64,000 bases of DNA from an uncultured virus (IMG/VR IMGVR_UViG_3300024258_000016) (taxonomy: Duplodnaviria; Heunggongvirae; Uroviricota; Caudoviricetes), in the IMG/VR virus record IMGVR_UViG_3300024258_000016. One strand, given 5' to 3'. This document shows positions 19,118 through 28,492 of this stretch, piece by piece. The translations under genes were made by a program, and so were the position numbers. Numbering within the stretch: the stretch's first letter is position 1; each line of letters opens with the position of its first letter. The notes under the pieces were generated by a model. The model saw nothing but the letters and a program-made list of their open reading frames with translations, made no database searches and was not told where the DNA came from.

Positions 19118-20368
19118 CTACATATCGTGTGGAATATAAATCTTTACTTCATTGGTATCAAAGAAAGGACGCTCCTTCTGTTCCATTGGTACAATCCACA
19201 TTCTCTGACATTTTGACGGCCCAGGCTTAGGCGCATACATATCTGTCAAGACGATATGCCCATCAAAGACAAGACCATTGACATAATCTGTAGGAGCGTC
19301 AAAATCTGTACCTCCACAACTAACGCGCTTCGGCATCATCTTTTTCCCCTGCTTCCACTCAAAAACCTCATCCGTCTGGACAACATGATCGAAAGGAACT
19401 ACGGTGAAGTCTGCGTGTTCTGCCAAGCCGTTGAGTTCATTGAAGAACTTGGCAAGCAACAGATCATCAACAGAGCCAGACTGATCAATGCTAACAGCGA
19501 TCTTTGCCTGTCGCTTGACGACCTTTCCAGGATGGATGTAAGGCGTTCGCCTACTCAATCGCCTTACAGTGCTTCGCCTACTTGTCCTTTGCGACTTCTT
19601 GACAAAGTATCGAAGATAGCGAGCCCAATCAACAACGGCAGGACGAATCATATCCATAATGTGCTTCTGGATTTCCTGACTGATATTTCCCCAACCCTGC
19701 GAAGACTGTGATACTTCCTGAGTGGACTTCTTCAACATCTCCTTCAGGCGATTTTCTGCCATTTCCTTCAAAGTGCTCCCGTCAGTAACAGGCCCATTAC
19801 CTTCTTTTCCTTCTCCTTCTCCATTCCCATTTCCTTCTCCCCACTCGCCATGATCGTCCATCTGGCCTTCTTCACCTTCTCCCATCTTGTTCTTCTGCTC
19901 TTCGTCTGACATCTCTCGAATCTTGTTGTAGTAGAACTCGGAACTTTGCATAGTTGGGAAGTCCGCAAACGGACCACGCCCAGGAAGAAGCGCAAAATCA
20001 GGTAGCTCATTAGGGATGTGGGAGTTGATTGCCATGTCTGTGGCATAATTCCACAACTTGGCAGTATGAGCATCATCCTTCTCTCCTGGCCTGCGAGTTG
20101 TAATGTGACCAAGAATGATGTGATAGAATTCGTGCATCAAAACGCCCTTGCGATATCGATCACGAACTTCCTCACTAACCCCTTCTCCCCCAATGTTCTC
20201 AAAGAAGTCGGGATTGTATGCCATCTCGAAATAACCATCATTAGTTACTCGTACTCCTGCCGTTGGGATCCCTTTGGTTGCCTTCTTCTCGACCATGCGA
20301 GAGAAGACACTAAAAAAGGGCTGGTCCCTAAGTAAAGAGTAAATGCTTTTCTGAAGATCGTAAGCCAT
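19118..20368 (-). CDS. DUF2201-type metallopeptidase-like + VWA protein
   Basis: HEFYH, MIDAS DQSGS, GGTDF, LTD. Confidence 0.88.
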   Translation of the reverse strand: MAYDLQKSIYSLLRDQPFFSVFSRMVEKKATKGIPTAGVRVTNDGYFEMAYNPDFFENIGGEGVSEEVRDRYRKGVLMHEFYHIILGHITTRRPGEKDDAHTAKLWNYATDMAINSHIPNELPDFALLPGRGPFADFPTMQSSEFYYNKIREMSDEEQKNKMGEGEEGQMDDHGEWGEGNGNGEGEGKEGNGPVTDGSTLKEMAENRLKEMLKKSTQEVSQSSQGWGNISQEIQKHIMDMIRPAVVDWARYLRYFVKKSQRTSRRSTVRRLSRRTPYIHPGKVVKRQAKIAVSIDQSGSVDDLLLAKFFNELNGLAEHADFTVVPFDHVVQTDEVFEWKQGKKMMPKRVSCGGTDFDAPTDYVNGLVFDGHIVLTDMYAPKPGPSKCQRMWIVPMEQKERPFFDTNEVKIYIPHDM

Positions 20369-20381
20369 GTTCTGCCTCTGT

Positions 20382-20865
20382 CTCAATTGGTGTACCCTAT
20401 AATAGCACATCCTACCTGGATGGTCAATGGGAAACTATTCGATGATGAATTTCGGATCGAAAGTTCTCTCGACATAAATTGTATGGCAAATACCGAGGGT
20501 AGTTTGAACCCTCATGAGTCGAGAAACATTATGAACAATTTCTTTAAAAGTAAGAGAAGGAGTTTGCAAAAAGCTGTCCATAAATTTGATTGAAAGATCT
20601 TTTGTCAAACGAACATATAGTTCTGCAAGATTGACAAACTGCTTGTCTGTCAAGTCTTTTCGGCTCGAAATCTTTAGATCAATAAAATCATTGACAACTT
20701 CTTCTTGTTCTTTTAACGAAAGCCCGCTAAGAAATCCAAACTTTTCATTATCCATAGCTTCATGGATTTCCTTTTCATACTTCATCTTGAAAATACTCCT
20801 CAATTGGTGTACCCTATAATAGCACATCCTACCTGGATGGTCAATGGAAAATTATTCGATGATGA
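20382..20865 (-). repeat. 67-bp direct repeat (20382-20448, 20799-20865) containing a promoter and the end of the upstream gene
   Basis: 2 mismatches; TTGACC-17-TATTAT. Confidence 0.9.
20435..20785 (-). CDS. hypothetical protein between the 67-bp repeats
   Basis: MKYEKE start after GAGGAG. Confidence 0.7.
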   Translation of the reverse strand: MKYEKEIHEAMDNEKFGFLSGLSLKEQEEVVNDFIDLKISSRKDLTDKQFVNLAELYVRLTKDLSIKFMDSFLQTPSLTFKEIVHNVSRLMRVQTTLGICHTIYVERTFDPKFIIE

Positions 20866-21154
20866 TTTGATAATAGTTATGATACTCGTAAAGACACCTA
20901 ATAGAATGCCCTACCAAGAATTTGGATTTTCCCCACAAAATCCGCACAGTACGACTGTAATTATCTATCTTATAAACAACACCATATTGTTTATTTGTTT
21001 TGTGATAGATGATTGTTCCTACTCTGATGTTTTGTTCCATTTTTTGTTCTCGATGATGAAAATGTGATAGATAACCACCCATCTATCGTGCAAGGCACCT
21101 TATATATACCTCGCCCACCCCATACAATAAGGGTAACTTCATTTAATATGATCT

Positions 21155-21337
21155 CTATTCTCGATGCCAAGGAACTACCATTGACAACATTGTTCCAATT
21201 AAAAATCCAACCACCAGACTTGAATATGGTATTGTTTCAATTACTGGGAATACCATAACCAATATCATCAACCCAAATATAAACGCACAAAGACAAATTA
21301 CCAAAAGTGCGATAACGAAGACAACCTTGTTCAACAT
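21155..21337 (-). CDS. small membrane protein (MLNKVV paralogue 1)
   Basis: two TM segments, RBS GGAGGT. Confidence 0.75.
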   Translation of the reverse strand: MLNKVVFVIALLVICLCAFIFGLMILVMVFPVIETIPYSSLVVGFLIGTMLSMVVPWHRE

Positions 21338-21341
21338 TTAA

Positions 21342-21527
21342 TTACCTCCTGAAAGGAGAATCTACAGCAAGTGATACCAGAAATCCCGCCGAGATACTAG
21401 AGACCGCAACACTATATGGAAGCGTCTTTACTGCGGGGAATGCATACCACAATAAGGCGATTCCAAAATTGAGAGCAATTAGTGCGATGAAAACTAGTGT
21501 AAATGCACACACAACCTTGTTCAACAT
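21342..21527 (-). CDS. small membrane protein (MLNKVV paralogue 2)
   Basis: two TM segments, shared 27-bp start region. Confidence 0.75.
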   Translation of the reverse strand: MLNKVVCAFTLVFIALIALNFGIALLWYAFPAVKTLPYSVAVSSISAGFLVSLAVDSPFRR

Positions 21528-21817
21528 TTAATTACCTTCTTCTTCTTGATACTTCTTGTCGATATACTTTACCAGAAATGAGAACGAAAGTATTACAAAC
21601 ATTGCTGCTAATATCCATAAAAGTGTCGTAAGTTGTCCAAGCACTCCAAACATTACCGCCAGAAACACAGAAGAAGTCGTTGCTGCTCCTAATAGATATG
21701 ATAAGATACTTTTCATTTTGTCCTCGGTGATGTTGTCCCTCACTTGGTATACACATCTTACCACGAGTGGAACCAATTGTCAATGGGAAAATGTGTAATG
21801 ATATCAACGACTTAGAG

Positions 21818-21890
21818 TACCCTCGGAAGGACTCGAACCTTCAAAAACTGCGATAGAAGCGCAGGGCCTTATCCATTAGACAACGAGGGC
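21818..21890 (-). tRNA. tRNA-Arg(UCU)
   Basis: CTGCG-CTTCTAT-CGCAG, GAAGG-TTCGAGT-CCTTC. Confidence 0.88.
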
Positions 21891-21962
21891 ATAAGTAAAA
21901 ATGTTAGGTCGTTTCCTTTATTGCAAACTATTTACTATATAACAACAAAAGGAAAATATAAT

Positions 21963-22664
21963 ATGTTAGTAACCTGTCTTCATTGTGGAACCGAATTTGA
22001 TAAAAGCGATACTGAAATTAGAAAATCCCCCAATCACTTTTGTAACCGTAGTTGTGCTGCCTCCTATAATAACAAAAAATATCCAAAGTGCAAATTAAAA
22101 ACAATTACATGCACTCATTGCGGGAATCCTGTTGATAGAAAAAACTACAAAGACCAAAGAATCGTATGTTCTTCGTGCAAGTCCAAACAAAAGGAAGAGC
22201 TAGACCAAAGAACAATTAGACAAACAAGAAAAAGAGGACCAAACTTACCAAAGAGATATTGTACTCAATGTAACAAAGAAATCTCAAGAGACCCTTCTAG
22301 AAATAAGAGCGGAATTTGCATCGATTGTACTCATAATAGCACAAAAGAAAAAACAAAGAACACTCCTATCAAAAAATATAGAGAAACATCATCTGTTAAA
22401 GACAAACATCCTTCTTGGGCTCACGCTCATGTCAGGGCCTTTTGTCGATCTTGGAACAAGTCACTTACAAAACAACCTTGTCAAAATTGTGGGTATGATA
22501 AACACATCGAATTGTGTCACATCAAGCCAGTTTCTTCATATCCTGACGAGGCCCTTATAAAAGAAGTAAACGATCCTTCAAATTTATTAGTCTTGTGTCG
22601 TAATTGTCATTGGGAATTCGATCACGAACTTATCTCTTTAAAAGAAATCCCAAAAAGAATTTAA
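21963..22664 (+). CDS. HNH endonuclease with multiple CxxC zinc fingers
   Basis: CQNC..ELCHIKP..NLLVLCRNCH; only substantial plus-strand gene. Confidence 0.88.
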   Translation: MLVTCLHCGTEFDKSDTEIRKSPNHFCNRSCAASYNNKKYPKCKLKTITCTHCGNPVDRKNYKDQRIVCSSCKSKQKEELDQRTIRQTRKRGPNLPKRYCTQCNKEISRDPSRNKSGICIDCTHNSTKEKTKNTPIKKYRETSSVKDKHPSWAHAHVRAFCRSWNKSLTKQPCQNCGYDKHIELCHIKPVSSYPDEALIKEVNDPSNLLVLCRNCHWEFDHELISLKEIPKRI

Positions 22665-22739
22665 GGCTGATCCAGTTAGACTCGAACTAACAACCTCTTC
22701 ATTAACAGTGAAGCTCCCTGCCAATTGGGATATGGATCA
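22665..22739 (-). tRNA. tRNA-Asn(GUU)
   Basis: TGATCCA/TGGATCA acceptor, CTTCA-CTGTTAA-TGAAG. Confidence 0.9.
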
Positions 22740-22746
22740 GAAAATG

Positions 22747-22797
22747 CCCGTACAGATGAATGTTGCACTATAATGTTGCCCTTTCCATCTGTACGGG
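22747..22797 (-). terminator. 12-bp stem hairpin after the AAA gene (terminator or processing site)
   Basis: CCCGTACAGATG...CATCTGTACGGG followed by CATTTT. Confidence 0.55.
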
Positions 22798-22807
22798 GAA
22801 ATAGTTA

Positions 22808-24028
22808 CTACTCGCTCTTATCTTCATTCTCCTTCTTGGACTGTTCTCCAAGGAGCACTTCGACGAAGATCTTGTGGGTAAGCCCCTTGCTCGTCTCGGT
22901 GTTCATGAACCTCCGAATGTTTCCATCCCCATCCTTCCCGCTGACATCCAAGGTATCCTTGGCCATCAACAAGTCGGTGAGCTTCATTCCGATCTCGGAA
23001 GGAAGGCTGACAAAGTACTCGCACAAGTTCTTCATCCGAGCCTCGGGGATGTTACTCTCGAAGACTTTGGCCGCATCCATCTTGTCAATCATCGCCAAGT
23101 GATCGTTCAAGAGGAAATCCTTGGTCAACTCGAACTTGCCCCTATCAAGAATATCCTCGAACTTGACAACCGACTTGTACTTTCGGATATGGTCCGAGAA
23201 GGACATCGCAGCCTCGAATCCAACAAAGCCGGTGGCGATGTTGACGACACGCACGATATGAGCGTCCTTGTTTTCGAGAACATCGTCAATGAGCCCGTTC
23301 AACTTCAGTGCCCTGTCAAGCCGATCCCAAGACCGGCGAGAAGGATACACATTCTTCGGATCATAAGCCCCATTGTGCTCCAAGTGTCCGTTGTTGTGAA
23401 CGATGAAGTCGTAGATGACAGGACTAATCCGACGATTACCCTTTCCATCATCCTTCGCCCAGTTGAGCCAGTCCTCAACGGTAGGATCGACATCAAACAC
23501 GGTCCAACGGTCAAGCTCGGCAGGGTCCATGTCATTCACCTGATAGGCGTCGCCATTCTGCCCGCCATTGACTGCTGCAAAGATCATCGTTCCTTTGTGC
23601 AACTTTTTGCCATAGATCTTCCGAGAGTCGGCAAGCTCGAACAAGCCCTGCCGTACCTCTGTCGTCGCTCGGTCAACCTCGTCAAGGAAGAGTAGGACAG
23701 GCTTCTCACAAGCCTCGACGAGCCAGTCGGGAGCACACCACGCAGTAGTCTTGTACTGGAGGATTGGAGAAAGATCAGGATTGGCATCTGGCATACCAAT
23801 CAAGTCACCTTCCGTCATTTGTGACGCTCGTCGCTCCACCACAGAGTACGGAGTCATCCCGTCAACCAAAACGACAGGTCGCCCCGTCTCTTCGTCATAT
23901 GCTGTATCTCGGGCAAACGCATAGACAACCTCAGACTTACCGATTCCGTGAGCACCACGGATAAGTACGGGGAACTCAATCACGTCACGAACGCTTGCAT
24001 GAAATGCCTTGAAACTAATACCAGCCAT
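22808..24028 (-). CDS. MoxR-like AAA+ ATPase
   Basis: Walker A GAHGIGKS, Walker B LFLDE, DPAELDR, PSRRSW. Confidence 0.9.
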   Translation of the reverse strand: MAGISFKAFHASVRDVIEFPVLIRGAHGIGKSEVVYAFARDTAYDEETGRPVVLVDGMTPYSVVERRASQMTEGDLIGMPDANPDLSPILQYKTTAWCAPDWLVEACEKPVLLFLDEVDRATTEVRQGLFELADSRKIYGKKLHKGTMIFAAVNGGQNGDAYQVNDMDPAELDRWTVFDVDPTVEDWLNWAKDDGKGNRRISPVIYDFIVHNNGHLEHNGAYDPKNVYPSRRSWDRLDRALKLNGLIDDVLENKDAHIVRVVNIATGFVGFEAAMSFSDHIRKYKSVVKFEDILDRGKFELTKDFLLNDHLAMIDKMDAAKVFESNIPEARMKNLCEYFVSLPSEIGMKLTDLLMAKDTLDVSGKDGDGNIRRFMNTETSKGLTHKIFVEVLLGEQSKKENEDKSE

Positions 24029-24111
24029 TTTTATTCTTCCTTTTCTTTCTTGAACCAATCAACCACAACGAGTCAACACCCTGTCAACCCATCCCCTCAA
24101 CTTCTAGATAC

Positions 24112-24373
24112 ATGATACCATGAGATGAAGATACGTACAACGTAAAATTGCCGGGCATCCAAACCAACATCGCAACATCAAATTCTCAATCATTTTCAAC
24201 CCCTTCCCTCATTTGGTGTACCCCATTATACCCCATCCTTGCCAGATGGTCAAGGGAAAAATTCCACCACCTAATAAACAACAACAATGAGAAGTAACAG
24301 CAACGCTGCAGCTACCATTTTAAACCCCCTCGACTTCTAGATACATTATACATTAGTCTTGAGGAACTTGCAA
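24112..24373 (-). promoter_or_regulatory. three tandem promoters upstream of the AAA gene
   Basis: TTGTAC-17-TATCAT (24112-24140), TTGACC-17-TATAAT (24225-24253), TTGCAA-17-TATAAT (24345-24373). Confidence 0.7.
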
Positions 24374-25038
24374 GGATAATTTTCGACAGACAAAAGCCCC
24401 TCTACAATATGAGTTCTCCTTTGCATTTCTGACGAAAACTGCACAGATTCCCACCACTTATAAAGTGTATTTCTTTCTCTCTTCTTGTAATTAAAATATG
24501 TTTCAAAATATCTGTCTTCAATCTGAACGATACTTTCCCAATTACTCGGAATTTGAATCTCTACCTGTCTTTCAGACAAAGGCACAATAATTCTTAAAAA
24601 ATCTGAAGTGCCAAAAAACAAACGAAGTGCAACTCTTCTTATAGATTTATCCTCAAATTTCTTCAAAATGATTGAGTTTACTGATCCCCAACTTCTTGAA
24701 GCATCTTTAAATAAGATTTTGCTCCATTCGATATGGGAAATGATATAGTTATCCCTTAAGTTGGGATCTTGATTTGGCCATTGCTTTGTCAATGACACGA
24801 TTGTCCCCGCTCCAACCCCTTTTTCGATCATCAAACTTTTCATTGCACTTCTTGCTAATCTTTCGTAATCGTGTAAGCCTTTTAGATCTTCTTTTAAAGC
24901 CTTACACTTTAGTCTTGTATGTCCTTCTTCTCTGCAATATCCACACCTACGAATTGACAATTCCTTTCTTTGTTCTTCTGAAACGTGTGGGCATTTTGTT
25001 TTGTTATGACCTTTCTGACCACAAATACTACATGCCAT
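24346..25038 (-). CDS. protein with two N-terminal CCHC zinc knuckles
   Basis: CSICGQKGHNKTKC and CGYCREEGHTRLKC. Confidence 0.8.
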   Translation of the reverse strand: MACSICGQKGHNKTKCPHVSEEQRKELSIRRCGYCREEGHTRLKCKALKEDLKGLHDYERLARSAMKSLMIEKGVGAGTIVSLTKQWPNQDPNLRDNYIISHIEWSKILFKDASRSWGSVNSIILKKFEDKSIRRVALRLFFGTSDFLRIIVPLSERQVEIQIPSNWESIVQIEDRYFETYFNYKKRERNTLYKWWESVQFSSEMQRRTHIVEGLLSVENYPCKFLKTNV

Positions 25039-25315
25039 TATTTATTTTCTCCTTCTTTTTCTCTTCTTGCTTGTATCATATCATGCCATTAAAACACTGT
25101 CAATTTCAAATAGCGAACCTTTTCCAATTGTAGACGTACAAGGACATCCTTTAATGGTGCATTCTCTACTCAGCAACCCATGTTTTTTAGGATGAATGAT
25201 AATAACATGAATGTTGGAATTGGGAAAAGACCGTGCTTCTTCTCGTTTTACAACATAATAATAGTAAGTATGATTAGTTCCTGCAAAGCGATATAAACAT
25301 CCTTCCTTTACTTTA

Positions 25316-25786
25316 TTAAAGCTCATCCCAACCCATTCTTAGTGTTGTGTTTTCTGTTTTTGTCTTTTCACAAATATCAAAATAATTGACAAATGAATCA
25401 ATATTATATCGTAACTCTTTATTTAGCTCAATGAATTTGTCAATTGTTTCCAACCTTCCTTTCTCTTTATCTTGAACTAAAATTGTAAGATCCCCACCCA
25501 TCTTTCTTGCAAGAATATATAAAAAATCATCAACATGAAACCCAACAGTGCCGATCAGATCTTCCCAAAATAACTGAAAAGTTGGAAGATCAAATGAATC
25601 ATATCCATAAGGAACTGCTGCATTTACAATATTTAGGAAGTCATTGTATTCTCTTTGAATATCTGAAAAGTCAAAGTGTTCCTCTTCTTTCCCTCCTTTT
25701 CCTTCTCCAAAGGCATCAACAATTGTATAATCCTTTGACAAAATTGCCCTACAATGATAATGTTGACGAATATTAACTATGTTCAT
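25316..25786 (-). CDS. hypothetical protein
   Basis: 156-aa ORF translationally coupled to R4. Confidence 0.65.
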   Translation of the reverse strand: MNIVNIRQHYHCRAILSKDYTIVDAFGEGKGGKEEEHFDFSDIQREYNDFLNIVNAAVPYGYDSFDLPTFQLFWEDLIGTVGFHVDDFLYILARKMGGDLTILVQDKEKGRLETIDKFIELNKELRYNIDSFVNYFDICEKTKTENTTLRMGWDEL

Positions 25787-26232
25787 TTGTTACTTATCTT
25801 AATTTTGTAGTCATGCTTGGAATAGCGCTTCCCATCAATGTACCAAGATTTGTCACCATTGGCAGATTCAATGGCAGGGCCGTCAATGCGGTGACGCTTG
25901 TTATTTTGATACCAAAATTTGGCACCATTGGTATATTCAATGGCAGGGCCGTCAATGCGGTGACACTTGCCATTTTGATACCAATATTTGGTACCATTGG
26001 CATGTTCAATGGCAGGGCCGTCAATGCGGTGACACTTGCCATTTTGATACCAAATTTTGGTACCATTGGCACATTCAATGGCAGGGCCGTCAGTGCGGTG
26101 AAGTTTGTCATTTTGATACCATTTAATTGTCTTGTCTGGGATACTAATGGCACATCCGTCAGGCTTTGGAATGTCTTTATTGTCATCGTAAATGACGGTG
26201 CCATCTACCCAAATTTGATATGGCTTGATCAT
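25783..26232 (-). CDS. [13 protein letters not shown] protein, 4 units, cap B (R4)
   Basis: cap B plus repeats. Confidence 0.9.
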   Translation of the reverse strand: MIKPYQIWVDGTVIYDDNKDIPKPDGCAISIPDKTIKWYQNDKLHRTDGPAIECANGTKIWYQNGKCHRIDGPAIEHANGTKYWYQNGKCHRIDGPAIEYTNGAKFWYQNNKRHRIDGPAIESANGDKSWYIDGKRYSKHDYKIKISNK

Positions 26233-26829
26233 TTATTTCCTTTCTTTGACATCAAATTTGATTGTATGTTTTTCCATTGTTACTCCTGTAGTATAACAGG
26301 TATCGCACGGATTGTCAAACGTTTTCCCTTTGCCATCACATTTGCGACACATTGAAGCTTGGAAGAAAGGTCCATTAGAGTTTACGACAACTCCGCTTCC
26401 ATTACAATCAGCACAGTCTTTCTTTCCTTCTCCACCTTCACCATTACAATCTTTACAAATTACTCTTAATACGTATTCAACTTCTCCTTCAAACCCTTCT
26501 TGAATAGCTTTAACATCTGTCCTTAAATTGATTTTGACATCTTTTTCTGTTGAGGGTTTCCACTCTTTCGGTTTATTGTTTCTCTGAATTCTCTCTCGAA
26601 ACATTTGCTCTTGGTAGTCATGATACTTCTCAACATTCAGTTGGTTGTCATATTGTTTTCTCTTTTCCTCATCAGACAAGATAGTGTAGGCAACATTGAT
26701 CTCTTTGAATGTCTCTTCATCTCCGGTATCTTTGTCGGGATGATAGATCTTTGCAAGTCTCTTGTATGAACTTTTGATCTCTTTTTTGGAAGAGTTTTCA
26801 TTAATCTCTAAAGTGTCATAGTGAGTCAT
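26233..26829 (-). CDS. dnaJ: DnaJ-like co-chaperone (J domain + zinc finger, short C-terminus)
   Basis: [33 protein letters not shown]. Confidence 0.88.
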   Translation of the reverse strand: MTHYDTLEINENSSKKEIKSSYKRLAKIYHPDKDTGDEETFKEINVAYTILSDEEKRKQYDNQLNVEKYHDYQEQMFRERIQRNNKPKEWKPSTEKDVKINLRTDVKAIQEGFEGEVEYVLRVICKDCNGEGGEGKKDCADCNGSGVVVNSNGPFFQASMCRKCDGKGKTFDNPCDTCYTTGVTMEKHTIKFDVKERK

Positions 26830-27292
26830 TATTTTTGCCCTTGCTTAAATTAATGATTTTAATATTGTAGTCATGCTCGGAATATTTGATCCCTTCGATG
26901 TACCAATATTTGCCACCATTGGCACGTTCAACGGCAGGGCCGTCAATGCGGTGACGCTTGCCATTTTGATACCAATGTTTGTCACCATTGACATATTCAA
27001 CGGCAGGGCCGTCAATGCGGTGACGCTTGCCATTTTGATACCAAAGTTCGTCACCATTGGCATATTCGCGGGCAGGGCCGTCAATGCGGTGAAGTTTGCC
27101 ATTTTGAAACCAATATTTGGTACCATTGGCATGTTCAATGGCAGGGCCGTCAATGCGGTGATGTTTGCCATTTTGATACCAAATGATTGTCTTGCTTGGG
27201 ATACTAATGGCACAACCGTCAGGCTTTGGAATGTCATTATTGTCATCATAAATGACGGTGCCATCTGCCCATATTTGGTAAGACTCAATCAT
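26816..27292 (-). CDS. [13 protein letters not shown] protein, 4 units, cap B (R5)
   Basis: [11 protein letters not shown] cap plus repeats. Confidence 0.9.
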   Translation of the reverse strand: MIESYQIWADGTVIYDDNNDIPKPDGCAISIPSKTIIWYQNGKHHRIDGPAIEHANGTKYWFQNGKLHRIDGPAREYANGDELWYQNGKRHRIDGPAVEYVNGDKHWYQNGKRHRIDGPAVERANGGKYWYIEGIKYSEHDYNIKIINLSKGKNNDSL

Positions 27293-27699
27293 TACAATTT
27301 GACCCCTTCTCCCCAAAAGTGAGAACTGCTTCTGTTATTTGTCGTCAATAGACACTGAATTTTGTCCTGATCATTTGGAACCATCTTGTAAAATTGGATT
27401 TTTCCATAAGGAAGTTTGCCACCCTTTTTTGGAGTTCCATCCTTCGTTTTTGGAATTTGCTCTTCGTTAAGATATTTTAGTCCTGCTTTGACAATATCTT
27501 CCTTTGTGTGCCCTTCTTCAAGAAGGCTATTAAACTCTGGAATATCAAGATTTGCAAGAATTGCCCACTTGCTGTCTTGTAGTCCTTTTACACGGATTAT
27601 GGAACGAAAGTACCTTCCTGCTTTTTTTGTTTCTTGATCTTTCCCTCTCTTCCTCTTTGGAATTGGGTTAAAAGAACATTTTACTTCATTATTAATCAT
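27292..27699 (-). CDS. basic hypothetical protein
   Basis: 135-aa ORF between R5 and R6. Confidence 0.7.
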   Translation of the reverse strand: MINNEVKCSFNPIPKRKRGKDQETKKAGRYFRSIIRVKGLQDSKWAILANLDIPEFNSLLEEGHTKEDIVKAGLKYLNEEQIPKTKDGTPKKGGKLPYGKIQFYKMVPNDQDKIQCLLTTNNRSSSHFWGEGVKL

Positions 27700-28492
27700 T
27701 TAGTTTCCTTATTTTGATGTTGTAGTCATGCTCGGAATAGCGCTTCCCATCAATGTACCAAGATTTGTCACCATTGACATGTTCAATGGCAGGGCCGTCA
27801 ATGCGGTGACGCTTGTTATTTTGATACCAAAATTTGGCACCATTGGCAGATTCAATGGCAGGGCCGTCAATGCGGTGACGCTTGTTATTTTGATACCATT
27901 CTTTGCCACCATTGGCATATTCGCGGGCAGGGCCGTCAATGCGGTGATATTTGCCATTTTGAAACCAATGTTTGGTACCATTGACATAAATGGCGGCAGG
28001 GCCGTCAATGCGGTGAAGTGTGTCATTTTGATACCAATATTTGGCACCATTGGCATGTTCAATGGCAGGGCCGTCAATGCGGTGACACTTGCCATCAATG
28101 TACCAAGATTTGTCGCCATTGGCAAATTCAACGGCAGGGCCGTCAATGCGGTGACACTTGTCATTTTGACACCAAGATTTGTCACCATTGGCATGTTCAA
28201 CGGCAGGGCCGTCAATGCGGTGACGCTTGCCATTTTGATACCAATGTTTGTCACCATTGGCATATTCAATGGCAGGGCCGTCAATGCGGTAAAGTTTGCT
28301 ATTTTGATACCAAGATTTGTCACCATTGGCATATTCAATGGCAGGGCCGTCAGTGCGGTGAAGTTTGCCATTTTGATACCAAGTGATTGTCTTGTCTGGG
28401 ATACCAATGGCACAACCGTCAGGCTTTGGAGTATCATGATCGTCATCGTAAATAACGGTGCCATCTGCCCAAATTTGATATAGCTTGATCAC
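27692..28492 (-). CDS. [13 protein letters not shown] protein, 9 units, cap B (R6)
   Basis: longest array. Confidence 0.92.
   Translation of the reverse strand: MIKLYQIWADGTVIYDDDHDTPKPDGCAIGIPDKTITWYQNGKLHRTDGPAIEYANGDKSWYQNSKLYRIDGPAIEYANGDKHWYQNGKRHRIDGPAVEHANGDKSWCQNDKCHRIDGPAVEFANGDKSWYIDGKCHRIDGPAIEHANGAKYWYQNDTLHRIDGPAAIYVNGTKHWFQNGKYHRIDGPAREYANGGKEWYQNNKRHRIDGPAIESANGAKFWYQNNKRHRIDGPAIEHVNGDKSWYIDGKRYSEHDYNIKIRKLND

Noticed and set aside
20369..20410. Shared N-terminal peptide MCYYRVHQLR on two ORFs
   Set aside because: Translation of the promoter repeat; real starts are at 20368 and 20785.
22874..23695. 273-aa plus-strand ORF
   Set aside because: Antisense shadow of the GC3-rich AAA gene.
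27740..28380. CRISPR array (21-bp core plus 48-bp variable segment)
   Set aside because: The 'spacers' are mutually homologous and in-frame coding; no cas genes in the window.
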